DNA of 20,000 nucleotides from the IMG/VR virus record IMGVR_UViG_3300010938_000019; one strand, 5' to 3'. The DNA comes from an uncultured virus (IMG/VR IMGVR_UViG_3300010938_000019). Lineage: Duplodnaviria; Heunggongvirae; Uroviricota; Caudoviricetes. The notes below the pieces were generated by a model. It saw nothing but the letters and a program-made list of their open reading frames with translations, did not search any database and was not told where the DNA came from. Below are positions 1-9,535 of this stretch, piece after piece; the first letter of the stretch is position 1, and each line of letters begins with the position of its first letter. Position numbers and translations under genes: made by a program.

Positions 1-978
1 TCCGTAGAATTTCAATGACTTAGAACCTTGCTCCAATTGAGCAGAAGAGTATGAAGCATCATAGTCACGCTTAGCAGCTTGTTCAGTCAAAAGGTTCTTC
101 CAAGAACGATTTGATACTAGAACAGTTACTTCTTCTTCAGCAAGACCTTTGTCCATCATAGCGGCAACAGCTTCTTCGATTTTATCGAAAGAAAGAACTG
201 CAGCACCAGTATTAGCGTCAGATCCAACGTTAACAATGTTACCTTGGAAAAGAGGCTCAGAAGAGTTATTGATACCGAAAAGAGTTGCTTTAATTTCAGC
301 AATTCTATGCATACCAAGTTGCTCTTTGAATTCAGGAGTTACACCAGCAACTACTGCACCAGCAAAGAAAACTCTATCTGTAGCAACTACACCAGCAACT
401 GACAAGTTACCATCAGTAGTGATTCTCTTGTTTTCAAGATCAACAGCAGTGATCTTGAAAGAACCGCGTAAAGTAGCTAAAGTAGCATCGAAAATGTCGA
501 TTTCATGTCCAGTCATTCCTAACCAGATTCCAGCAGCCCATTCATAAGCTTCTACGTTAAAAGCAGCAGTACCTTGCAAAGAGTCAACTTCAGCAAGACC
601 TTTCTGTCCGTAAAGCATAGCACACTCTAATCGGTGATGCATAGACTTAAGCATGTTTCCAACGAGAAGTTTAGTACCTCTTTCGAAAGAGTTTTTACTA
701 GAAACAGCGCGAGAAGCAGCTCCAACAGAAATAGCAGAACGTAATACAATCTCGTATCCTTTGATTGTAGCGTTTTTCATTGGGAAAGAAACGATGTCAT
801 TAAGAGCAAAAGCTTCGCCTTCGCTACCGCCGTAAGTTACGCCACCTTCCAAACCGATGATTACTGGCTCGTTAAAGCTCAAACCAAGTTGCTTATCTCC
901 CTTAGAGAATTTAACAAGGTTAATGAACTTTGCCGAAGCTGGAACGAGGTCTTTAATTTGAGAAGAGTATACTTCTTT
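1..978 (-). CDS. Major capsid protein, exon 2 (runs off the left window edge)
   Basis: Frame from 978 reads KEVYSSQIKDLVPASAKFINLVKFSKGDKQLG... and is still open at position 1 (...LEQGSKSLKFYG). It lies downstream of terL-portal-scaffold and joins exon 1 in frame as LNGLF|KEVY. The product call rests on synteny and general resemblance. Confidence 0.88.
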
Positions 979-1882
979 CAGTTACTTCATATACTTAGCT
1001 AGTCGTATATGACCTGACTATATCATCCTTCTATTGAAGGGGTTGCGCTGTAAGACTTTTTTTGATACATGAGTTCTAGATATCTAAATTTATGTTGCAT
1101 AGATTTAAATTCTAATACAAAAGATCGGATTTTTTCCCATATCTTTAGTGAATCTGAATTGTTTATTTTCAAATAAGGATATTGTTTATTTCCTTTTTTT
1201 GAATAACAGATTCTTAAATTTACGTCAAAGTTGGTTTTAAACCAGTCTATTATTTTAGCCTGAGTTTCTAACGTTTGATCACAAGTGAATAATCTAAGTC
1301 TTGCTCCATAGCATTCTGTTTTATCAGCTTTTACAACACTAGCCTCTACATACCCATCATCCATTAACCATACGGCTAATGCCATTTCTGGATGTCTTAT
1401 AAAGGGAAGTATTCTTGCTAAGTCTTTCTTATTATTAGGATAAGTAAACTTTTTCCAGGATCGCATTCTCACATCAGAAACTGATAATTGAACTGCTTTT
1501 CCTTTGTGGCTATTTCTACATCTTACTTCTCTTCCGAATATCTCGGTTAGAAGTTTAGCTTTCCATGCTTGATAGTCAGCTTGTACAATTCCATGCCCTA
1601 TTGTTATAGCAGCACTGGCTTTGTTAGAAGTTAAGTGTAGACAGCCATCACCTAATAAAAGAAGTAAGCAAAGACTTCTTTTGTCTTTATTCATTAAACT
1701 CATATATACTCCAACACCAAACGGTTCAGGATAAAAAATGTCTTTAGTCGATGAACGTTCCGTATCTCTACGGCTTCGCTGCTGATTGCCCTTTTCATTA
1801 TAGCAGGGGTTCCAGCAATTCACAACCTTTTCCGACTTTAAGTCGTGAGGGGTTACACCTCAGTTGTTCTCAGATTACTCTA
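979..1882 (-). mobile_element. Group I intron (IA-like), 904 nt, in the major capsid gene
   Basis: P1: exon GTTGTTT pairs with GAACAAC, with a U.G wobble at the 5' splice site and a GTAA tetraloop. P element AATTGCTGGAA, Q AATCAGCAG, R GTTCATCGACTA, S GATGATATAGTC. P7 GACTA/TAGTC, P3 GGTTGTG/CGCAACC, P8 CCTTC/GAAGG, P9 TCATATAC/GTATATGA. Terminal G at 979. Confidence 0.95.
1023..1703 (-). CDS. Intron-encoded double-motif LAGLIDADG homing endonuclease (226 aa)
   Basis: Motifs LLLLLGDG and LAVWLMDDG; GGAG RBS before ATG at 1703. The track's upstream extension to 1823 is ribozyme core sequence. Confidence 0.9.
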   Translation of the reverse strand: MSLMNKDKRSLCLLLLLGDGCLHLTSNKASAAITIGHGIVQADYQAWKAKLLTEIFGREVRCRNSHKGKAVQLSVSDVRMRSWKKFTYPNNKKDLARILPFIRHPEMALAVWLMDDGYVEASVVKADKTECYGARLRLFTCDQTLETQAKIIDWFKTNFDVNLRICYSKKGNKQYPYLKINNSDSLKIWEKIRSFVLEFKSMQHKFRYLELMYQKKSYSATPSIEG

Positions 1883-1939
1883 AAACAACCCATTTAGTGA
1901 AGCCTGGGTGTTGGCTTTTGAAGGATCTAAATTCGCCAT
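1883..1939 (-). CDS. Major capsid protein, exon 1 (MANLDPSKANTQASLNGLF)
   Basis: ATG at 1939 preceded by AAGGGGA; 19 codons, then an in-frame TAG that is the first triplet of the intron. Confidence 0.88.
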
Positions 1940-2103
1940 ATAATGGTCCCTTTTAAAAATTAGTTTTTAAGCCTAAATAGTTAATAATACTAAGTTTTCT
2001 TACAGGGTATTTATGAATCCGTCAGGGTATCATAAAGCCGTAAAAGTAATACTACACCGTGTATTATCTAGTAGAGAGAAAGGCTTATTATTCTCTCTAC
2101 TAT

Positions 2104-2115
2104 GTAGTTGTTAAA
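2104..2115 (-). promoter_or_regulatory. Putative late promoter motif TTTAACAACTAC upstream of the capsid gene
   Basis: Identical 12-mer at 2104, 6581 and 11165, and an 11-mer at 14999; all intergenic and on the same strand. Confidence 0.7.
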
Positions 2116-2128
2116 ATTCAATAACTTA

Positions 2129-3097
2129 CTAATAAAGTCTCATGAAGTCTTCAAGTTTACGTTTTTCCTTAGGAGTTTCGTCCTTAGGAGTGTCAGTAAC
2201 TTTAGGTACTACGTTAGACACTGTATTAACAGTTTTAGCCTTCTTGGCTGCGTCTATTCTCTTCTTACGTAAACGGTCAATATTCTTTTGACCAATAAAC
2301 TCTTCAAGAAAGTCTTCTGGTAGGTTGCTTAGTAAGTCATTGATTTCTTGTCTAAGCTCTTTACGTACTTGAGGTATAACGTCTTCAGGAGTTACATCAT
2401 CAAACCCGTTTTCCATTGACCAAAGCATAGTATCAGCGATACGAGCTATAATCTTTGGAGAAGCTGAGATATCTTTATGGGCATCTAAAGCCTTGATAAT
2501 GTTATTTTCTAGGTCTTGAGCAACTTCTGTCTCAAACTTTTCACGTTTAAGCTGTTCTTCTTGCTCTTCTTTTTGTTTAAGCTTTTGTCTAGCTTCTTCT
2601 AGTTCTTTTTGTAAAGACATTCTTTCTTGTTCTTTCTTTTCAGCTTCCTTTTGTTCAGGAGTCTTACTAAGTTCTTCAATCTTCTGTTGAATTCGCATTT
2701 CTGCTAATTGGTCTGGATCTAGTCCTAGCTCAGCCAGAACATCCCAAGGATTTTCCTTCATTCGTCCAATTTCTTGAGCAAACAATCGCTTAAGTTCGGC
2801 AGCTTCATTCATTGCTTCTCTTCCTGCAGCAGCAAGTTGAAGTTCTCTGATTAGTTCTTTTTCATTATTTAAATCAATCTTCTTAGTAATGGTTTTTCCA
2901 TTAACTTTCAAGGAATACTCGCGTAGCATGTCCTTGATTTGTTGATCAGAAGCACCGTTCTTAGCAGCAGTTTCAATTGCTTCTTTAACTTCTAATACTC
3001 CATCTGATGCAGTATCTACGTCTTGCGTATCCACTATTTCTTGGGTTTCTTGAGCAGCTTCTACTGGTTGCTCTGCAGTTTGTTGTGTTTCACTCAT
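2129..3097 (-). CDS. Probable capsid scaffolding protein (322 aa)
   Basis: Acidic low-complexity N-terminus, long E/K/Q coiled coil, between portal and capsid gene; AAGGAG RBS. Confidence 0.75.
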   Translation of the reverse strand: MSETQQTAEQPVEAAQETQEIVDTQDVDTASDGVLEVKEAIETAAKNGASDQQIKDMLREYSLKVNGKTITKKIDLNNEKELIRELQLAAAGREAMNEAAELKRLFAQEIGRMKENPWDVLAELGLDPDQLAEMRIQQKIEELSKTPEQKEAEKKEQERMSLQKELEEARQKLKQKEEQEEQLKREKFETEVAQDLENNIIKALDAHKDISASPKIIARIADTMLWSMENGFDDVTPEDVIPQVRKELRQEINDLLSNLPEDFLEEFIGQKNIDRLRKKRIDAAKKAKTVNTVSNVVPKVTDTPKDETPKEKRKLEDFMRLY

Positions 3098-3129
3098 ACA
3101 TTCTCCTTGAAAATTTGTATATTTCTAAG

Positions 3130-3474
3130 TTATTCCGTCCGGTTATCGGATGGGAATTTATTGTTTACGTGTTTCTTTTGATTGTAGCCTTTTTCACAAA
3201 GACCAAATGTCCTATTACGACTCTCGTCGTTAAATCGCACACCAAGGCTTTCTAAATCTCTCTTTGCTGCACGTTTAAGTACATTCAGATTGTTTATACC
3301 TTTCTCTTTTTTTATAATGTTTAGTTTATTATGTTCGTTTCTAATTCTATAAGAAAAATTAACTACATTTATAAACACTTTATACCTAGCTCCAGTACTA
3401 GAGGATACGAATATCTTTATCGACTCATATTCCCCTTCTCTGTCTGTAGGTGCGTATCTAATTCTTGCTGACAT
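3130..3474 (-). CDS. Hypothetical basic protein (114 aa)
   Basis: Starts 2 nt after the portal stop, co-oriented; no recognised motif. Confidence 0.7.
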   Translation of the reverse strand: MSARIRYAPTDREGEYESIKIFVSSSTGARYKVFINVVNFSYRIRNEHNKLNIIKKEKGINNLNVLKRAAKRDLESLGVRFNDESRNRTFGLCEKGYNQKKHVNNKFPSDNRTE

Positions 3475-3475
3475 C

Positions 3476-6400
3476 TTAGCCGCCTAATTGTCTAGCCATT
3501 GCCTCTTGAGCTGTTTGAGGAACATCTTCAAATGGAGCCGGAGGAGTAGAAGGTTCAGGAACTGGAGGCAACTGATCCTGTATAGCTACTGACTGAGCTT
3601 GAGGATTATTCATAATATCTTGTGTATTTTGAGGAGCCTGCGCTTGAGTTGGAGGAAGTGGTTGCTGTTGTATCACTCCAAGTAGTCCTGGGTCTACAGT
3701 CTTAAGCATATCAATATGTTCTTGAATGTGCTTTAAAGTTCTTTGTAACAACTCAGGGTCTTTACGTAGAATTGGATCAGCAATTACACCTTTATGTTGA
3801 CGAATATGACTAGCATGATCGTCAGTAATAACGGCAATTACTTCATCGCCTTTAAGGAGTGCTTCATTCTCAGCTTTTATTGTATCTAGCTCATTTACTT
3901 CATCTTCCATGAAATAATCTAAGCTACCAGTATTAAGTACCATTAAGTACTTTTCTGGAGATTTAATTAATCCCATCTGCATTAGGTTTTCTGCAATCTG
4001 TGCTCTACCTGCAGTCGTATTATGGGTTACTGTAAAATCTTTTAATAAGAAATGAGGATCTTCTTTTAAACAAAATCCATAGTAGATTTCTTTATTAACT
4101 TTAGTTAGTTTAATTCCATAATTTAACCAATTTTTTTGTTTTTTACACTCTTTAGATTGTTTTCTTGGAAGTTTTGTAGGAATTCTCCATGTATCTCCTC
4201 CAATTGAAACAATGTTATATTCGTTTTCTTGTTTACTTTTTTCGGTCTGTCTTTTTAATTTTTTCCTAGATACTCTAAATCCTAAACTTCCTGCAATAAA
4301 GCATATATCGTCAGTAACTTTATTACATTTTTGAGTAAAAACAAACGTTTGGTCAACCAAGGTTCCGTCTATATCTAAAAACCCTGCTAGTATTTGAAGC
4401 CTTGTTAATTCATCGTTATACTTATAGTCAGCAGGAATGTGCTTATTTTTAATCAAATTGTACTGATTAAAATAATTCAGTACTTTGTTTCGAAGAACAC
4501 ATCCATGACTTTTTTGACTTGTTATTGTAAAAGTACTTGCTCTTCCTGAAGTATTAGATTTTCTTCTTATAAGAGCTAACCCATTATGATTAGCGTATTC
4601 TCTCCAATAATTTTCTATTTCTTTATCCATGGTGGTAATGCTAGGTTCACATCTATTACCATCTCCTAACCATGATCCTAATATGTAGGGGTCTAGAGTT
4701 ACGAACTTGTGATCAAAATTTATAGGTACTTTAAAACCCATTAAAATTCTTTGATGTCTTTCAGGAAGTTTTAAGTAATCTTTTACAGAAATGTCTATAA
4801 TTTGACCTTTTTTAACTCCATATCGAGAATCGGAAGAACAATATTTTAAAGTCATTATATGATTTTCGTTACATTTGTAAATAAAGTTTCCATTTCTATC
4901 ATGCACTTCATACATTTGTTGAAATCCTGTTCCAGCAACAGTAACGGTCTTGGGTTTAGAATCCCATCCCATTACTAAATTACCTTCGTATATATCTTCG
5001 ACTTTTTTAAATGTTCCGTCGTACATCATTACTTCTGTACCTTCCGCAAGACACGACATCAAAGCGTTACCTACGTCTACAACAACTCTAGATATGGAAC
5101 TAATATCATCACTCTTAAACTTTTCCATCTTAGTAGTTTGGCTTACTCCAGCAATAGCGATAATCCTAGGTACCTTAGCAAAGTCTTGTAATAGCTTAAC
5201 TAATCCTGTTCCAACGTCTTCTAATAACTGAATATACGATTGTTGTAAACCAGAGATGAATTGTAGAGCTTGAGATTGTACTAGAGCTAAAGCGTTTCCT
5301 GATCTTAAGGAAGCTTCTGGATTACCTCTTGCTACAGAGTTTACACCAGAAATAGTTTCCATTGTAGATTCTACTTTTTGTAAGAAATTAAATATTTCTC
5401 CTGGAGTAGCAGTAAGGTTTAATGGAGTTGGAGCACCTACTTGATTGTTATATTCAATAAAGTTAAGTCCACCTTGTAACTGAGTTACCTTTACGTCATT
5501 TCCTCTAGGATTCAAAATACTTTGAACACCAAACGCATTTTGGTTTGTCATAATAGTCGAGTAAAGACTATTAACAGTATCTTGTAAAGGAAGAAGATCA
5601 AACATCATAGAATATCCATAAGGAGTACCTAGGATGTCTGAAGGAGCAATGCGATAAATGGGAAGTTGACCATACGGCATGATAGTATCAATCAATACGC
5701 AGTCATCATGCAAGAATAGGCAGTAGTTACCCTCAGGCATTGATTCAGTTCTTTTATGGAAAAACTCATAAACCGCAACGTCTACCGTTTCATCATAAGG
5801 AGTTAACGTAGTTTTATAGCTACCTTGTTCTTTGTCCTTTGTAGGGACAGAAAGGATCTTATCTGCGAACTCAGGATACTTCTTAGCAAGATCAAACTTA
5901 TTTAAGAATGTTCTACAAAGAACCCAGTCATGTAGTTCTGGGTTTTCTTTAGTACTGTCGAATACTACGTCTAAAGGTGATAGTACGTTGAATTCAACAT
6001 CTCCTTCATGGATAGGAAACGCTTCTAGCTTATTTCCAGCTTCATCCAAAGGATTGCCTTCTTCATCATATCCGACAATAGAAGATGGATCTGGTTCGAC
6101 ATAGTCGTGAATTTCACCTCGTGTGGAATTCCACTCCATCTTCACATAGCCGGAACCTAGAACGATAGCGTATTCAACCGCTTTTTTTAAATATTTTTCT
6201 AGGCGTTTTTCTCTCATGTAGTAATCGAGAAGGTTATTTGCTAATTTAGTTTGAATTAAAGACTTACGATCTGTATTTACTGCACGAGCTTGGAATGCTG
6301 GTCTTGTTGATGTAACCATAACAAGCATGTGCTGAGCAATGTTCCTGTAATGGTTTACCGCTAGGTTTACTAGCTCACCTTGTTCTCCACCATATCCTAA

Positions 6401-6562
6401 AGAATGATCACTATTGTAATAATTACCATGATAGGCATTATATGAACGAGTCAATTTTTCTAAATAATTACTGCTATTTACACTTTTAAACCAAGCACCT
6501 GACTTGGACATTAAGTGTGCTACTTTTCTTTGGGATTCATCGGCTGCAAAATATATATCCAT
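3476..6562 (-). CDS. Portal protein with intein (1028-aa precursor, about 683 aa spliced)
   Basis: Directly follows terL; size, METISGVNSVARG motif and Q/P-rich tail fit P22/N4-like portals; GAGG RBS. Confidence 0.88.
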   Translation of the reverse strand: MDIYFAADESQRKVAHLMSKSGAWFKSVNSSNYLEKLTRSYNAYHGNYYNSDHSLGYGGEQGELVNLAVNHYRNIAQHMLVMVTSTRPAFQARAVNTDRKSLIQTKLANNLLDYYMREKRLEKYLKKAVEYAIVLGSGYVKMEWNSTRGEIHDYVEPDPSSIVGYDEEGNPLDEAGNKLEAFPIHEGDVEFNVLSPLDVVFDSTKENPELHDWVLCRTFLNKFDLAKKYPEFADKILSVPTKDKEQGSYKTTLTPYDETVDVAVYEFFHKRTESMPEGNYCLFLHDDCVLIDTIMPYGQLPIYRIAPSDILGTPYGYSMMFDLLPLQDTVNSLYSTIMTNQNAFGVQSILNPRGNDVKVTQLQGGLNFIEYNNQVGAPTPLNLTATPGEIFNFLQKVESTMETISGVNSVARGNPEASLRSGNALALVQSQALQFISGLQQSYIQLLEDVGTGLVKLLQDFAKVPRIIAIAGVSQTTKMEKFKSDDISSISRVVVDVGNALMSCLAEGTEVMMYDGTFKKVEDIYEGNLVMGWDSKPKTVTVAGTGFQQMYEVHDRNGNFIYKCNENHIMTLKYCSSDSRYGVKKGQIIDISVKDYLKLPERHQRILMGFKVPINFDHKFVTLDPYILGSWLGDGNRCEPSITTMDKEIENYWREYANHNGLALIRRKSNTSGRASTFTITSQKSHGCVLRNKVLNYFNQYNLIKNKHIPADYKYNDELTRLQILAGFLDIDGTLVDQTFVFTQKCNKVTDDICFIAGSLGFRVSRKKLKRQTEKSKQENEYNIVSIGGDTWRIPTKLPRKQSKECKKQKNWLNYGIKLTKVNKEIYYGFCLKEDPHFLLKDFTVTHNTTAGRAQIAENLMQMGLIKSPEKYLMVLNTGSLDYFMEDEVNELDTIKAENEALLKGDEVIAVITDDHASHIRQHKGVIADPILRKDPELLQRTLKHIQEHIDMLKTVDPGLLGVIQQQPLPPTQAQAPQNTQDIMNNPQAQSVAIQDQLPPVPEPSTPPAPFEDVPQTAQEAMARQLGG
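4019..5053 (-). mobile_element. Intein with LAGLIDADG endonuclease in portal (345 aa)
   Basis: N-junction ALMS|CLAEGTEVMMYDG; block B CNENHIM; LAGLIDADG blocks YILGSWLGDG and LAGFLDIDG; C-junction HFLLKDFTVTHN|T. Confidence 0.95.
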
Positions 6563-6580
6563 GTATTACCTCGTGTATTA

Positions 6581-6592
6581 GTAGTTGTTAAA
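6581..6592 (-). promoter_or_regulatory. Putative late promoter motif TTTAACAACTAC upstream of portal
   Basis: Motif sits in the 40-nt gap between terL and portal, just ahead of the RBS. Confidence 0.7.
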
Positions 6593-6602
6593 TTAGAATG
6601 TA

Positions 6603-9143
6603 TTATTTTTTAATGTTTAAGACAGTCTTAACCCATTCCAAGGCACTATTTGAGTCCTCGTCTCTAGTAGGACTTCTAAATACATTCCGTCCTTTTAACT
6701 TTCCATATCCTTCTGGAAAAGGGTTTCTAGATTCCATTACATTTCGCACCAAATAAGAACAAGCTGGAAGCGCATCGCAGTGACCTCCACGAACTTCTCC
6801 ACTAGGTGAATCTTTTAAGTGCTTAAAATCGCTACGAGTTTTATTCCACTGGGCATTCTCTAAATGATATATAAGAGTCTTGCATCTTTCGTGTATTTCT
6901 ATCTTACCATTACTAATCCACATACGCAGATTGTTAATGGCAGCATCTCTATTATCTTTTTTTGTAGGAATAAACTGTATTTCATGTAATCGACTTAGAT
7001 CGTTAATAAGCTTTAGATCATTATCCATGATCCTTAAGTAAGGTTGGTTAACTTCTCCAGTTTGTTCATCAAGGAATCTTATAGACTCTATTTCTTTAAT
7101 ACGCTTTGCTAAATGTTGAGTGGTCATTTCAGGACCATTCATTACAAGCTCGTCAATAATCTTTAACTTAGCTTCTCTAAAGTCATAAACTGCAAACAAT
7201 GCCACAGTTAAGTCTTTAAACCCTACGTCCATTGAAACATAAGCATCATAGAATGAAGGCTTTTCTACCATAGGCTTTACAATATCAAACTTGTGTTCAT
7301 AAAATTCTGGAACTACAGTGGATTCAGAAGACTTTGGTATTTCTACAAGATACTCGCATTTGAATTTAGGATTTTCTACTCCACCAGGATAACGAGCAAT
7401 AACTTTCTGTATCTTTTCTGGAGTAAGCATTGGAGAATCATAGATAGTATACTTTACTATGTTACCATCTGCTTCAGCAGGTTGAACAAATGACTCATGG
7501 AACTCATGGTTAGGGTCTTTAAAGTTAGGAGTAGATGCTAATACTAGTTTACCGTTAGTAGTATCTGTAGTAGGAAGCATAATACTATTAACGACGTAGT
7601 CTAAATCATCGCAAAATCCTGCTTCATCTATGATACAAAGATTCGCGTACCCTCCGCGAAGATTTTCGGCATTACCAGAATCAGTTCCTGCTATTTGTAT
7701 CTCTGATCCATTCTTGAATCTAAAGACTTTTTCTTGAGCAAGCCACTCTGGACGTAATTCTTCTGGACAATCTGCAAGTATTTCTCTCATGATGGGACGA
7801 ATGATAGTACGAACCATTGTTTGCTGAGGACACGCATATTTTACAATGGCATTTGGTATCTTTACACAAGTTTCTGTAGCAAGAGTACAAAGAACGTACG
7901 AATTATGAGTGACTAATCCATTTCCTGTTAGAAATAAGTGATCAGGTGTATCTATTCCTATGTCGTAAGTTTTAGCTTTGTATTTTTTTCCTAATTTAAT
8001 TCCAACACTGTCAGGTCTAGTATTGTTTTCTAGACAATTTTCATATTCTTCTTTCCATTTTTTTCTAGGAACCACTAAATATTCATTTAATTCTTTTAAT
8101 GCTCTTTTTGCATAGATATTACAAGAAATTCTTACTGTATAACAAGGACCATTTACGTATTTTTCTCTATTATCTGCCGAATAGTTACACTCATATTGCC
8201 ATAAAAACTTGTAAAGATACTTTACTACTTTTATCATACTTAACGACTGACTATGAAACTCAATAAATAATCTATTTTTTTTAAATTGAATACTTCCGTC
8301 AGTATCTATTAGTCCTGCTAATAAATTTAATAACGATTCCCTATCCCAATTTTTTATAACATCTATATCAATTACTTTTTCGTGAGCGTATCTTCCTTTG
8401 ACCCAATCATTGTAATAATTACAGTGAACCTTATTTGGATATGTCTGTCCTTTTCTTACTTTATTTTCCGAATTAGAAATGACCCAAGTATAATTATTTT
8501 CGCTTTGTCTATAAACCATTTTAGCATTTAAAACTTTAGCCACTTTGTTAGGGATGATTTCATTTTCCGATGAAATATGAATATTATTTATTCCTTGTCT
8601 AGAGCAACCATCTCCAAGCAATGCACCTATGGCGTACGCATGCGATTCATTAACTAAACCTCCTGGAGCCTGTATAAATTCTCTAACTATTTTATCTCTT
8701 ATTGTTAATTCTTTTGTCGTTTTGTATCTATATACAAACTTTTCATTTTTATAACAAGTTTTTACTAACCATCTATGATCTTCAGTAGCTCTTTCTATTA
8801 CTATATTATTATGAGTTAATTCAACTACCTCTTTTTCACCTTGAACATGAACCTGCTCAACTTTAACTATAGTTGTAGAATTAGTTTCCGTAGAATAGGC
8901 ATAGACTTTGTCACCGACTTTTATGTCTTTAATTAAAACTAATCCAGATGGTGTAAGTATCTCTGTGTCTTCATGTAGACATTTTCCTATTCTTCGGGAA
9001 CATAGCACAGTAGAAATTGGTTTATCATTATCAATGACGTACTTATGAATATCCTTTTGGATACCTTTCAGTTTCCAAGAAAGCTCACCTAGTTCCCATA
9101 GCTTTTGTTTTGCTGAATTTACGTCAATAGGTTTCTTAGACAT
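6603..9143 (-). CDS. terL: Terminase large subunit with intein (846-aa precursor, about 486 aa spliced)
   Basis: Reconstituted Walker A SRRIGK|S, Walker B LCIIDEAG, coupling motif LASTP, RNase H-like nuclease YVSMDVG...HCDAL. Confidence 0.95.
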   Translation of the reverse strand: MSKKPIDVNSAKQKLWELGELSWKLKGIQKDIHKYVIDNDKPISTVLCSRRIGKCLHEDTEILTPSGLVLIKDIKVGDKVYAYSTETNSTTIVKVEQVHVQGEKEVVELTHNNIVIERATEDHRWLVKTCYKNEKFVYRYKTTKELTIRDKIVREFIQAPGGLVNESHAYAIGALLGDGCSRQGINNIHISSENEIIPNKVAKVLNAKMVYRQSENNYTWVISNSENKVRKGQTYPNKVHCNYYNDWVKGRYAHEKVIDIDVIKNWDRESLLNLLAGLIDTDGSIQFKKNRLFIEFHSQSLSMIKVVKYLYKFLWQYECNYSADNREKYVNGPCYTVRISCNIYAKRALKELNEYLVVPRKKWKEEYENCLENNTRPDSVGIKLGKKYKAKTYDIGIDTPDHLFLTGNGLVTHNSYVLCTLATETCVKIPNAIVKYACPQQTMVRTIIRPIMREILADCPEELRPEWLAQEKVFRFKNGSEIQIAGTDSGNAENLRGGYANLCIIDEAGFCDDLDYVVNSIMLPTTDTTNGKLVLASTPNFKDPNHEFHESFVQPAEADGNIVKYTIYDSPMLTPEKIQKVIARYPGGVENPKFKCEYLVEIPKSSESTVVPEFYEHKFDIVKPMVEKPSFYDAYVSMDVGFKDLTVALFAVYDFREAKLKIIDELVMNGPEMTTQHLAKRIKEIESIRFLDEQTGEVNQPYLRIMDNDLKLINDLSRLHEIQFIPTKKDNRDAAINNLRMWISNGKIEIHERCKTLIYHLENAQWNKTRSDFKHLKDSPSGEVRGGHCDALPACSYLVRNVMESRNPFPEGYGKLKGRNVFRSPTRDEDSNSALEWVKTVLNIKK
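7902..8981 (-). mobile_element. Intein with LAGLIDADG endonuclease in the terL P-loop (360 aa)
   Basis: GK|CLHEDTEILT; block B ATEDHRW; AIGALLGDG and LAGLIDTDG; YDIGID...HLFLTGNGLVTHN|S. Confidence 0.96.
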
Positions 9144-9145
9144 TA

Positions 9146-9535
9146 CTAACTTCCCTTAGATCCTTCTACGATCTTGAAAAGTTCCGCAACATCTGCCTTC
9201 TTATTTGACTTAGATGACTTATCTACTGGACTCTGTCCTCGTATTGCACGAAGATTCTTGTATAGTATGTCCAACACCTTGGCTTCATTCTCAGTAAACA
9301 GACCTTTCTCGGAGAGTTCCTTGAGTTTACGTATTTCATTAACACAAATAAACTCTTCATCGGTAACAGTTTGTGTTAAACCCTCAATCTCTTCTTCAAG
9401 ATCGTTGTCTTTTAGTATTTGTTTTAGTTTATGGTTCTCTTCTTCTAGCTGTTGGATACGCTTCTTAAGAGCAGTTATCTCAAAAGTAGCTTCCATACCA
9501 AGAAGAGTTTTATTAGAATCGGATTTGTTGTCCAC
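9146..9535 (-). CDS. Probable terminase small subunit (129 aa)
   Basis: Small helical/coiled-coil protein immediately upstream of terL; positional inference only. Confidence 0.55.
   Translation of the reverse strand: MDNKSDSNKTLLGMEATFEITALKKRIQQLEEENHKLKQILKDNDLEEEIEGLTQTVTDEEFICVNEIRKLKELSEKGLFTENEAKVLDILYKNLRAIRGQSPVDKSSKSNKKADVAELFKIVEGSKGS

Noticed and set aside
149..835. Plus-strand ORFs 149-547 and 653-835
   Set aside because: Antisense shadows of the capsid reading frame.
1704..1823. N-terminal extension of the endonuclease ORF in the track
   Set aside because: Covers the intron P/Q/R core; a clear RBS precedes ATG 1703.
1880..1882. In-frame TAG as a sign of stop-codon recoding or a pseudogene
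   Set aside because: It is the first intron triplet, and TAG terminates other genes here (e.g. at 9848, 12346, 13210).
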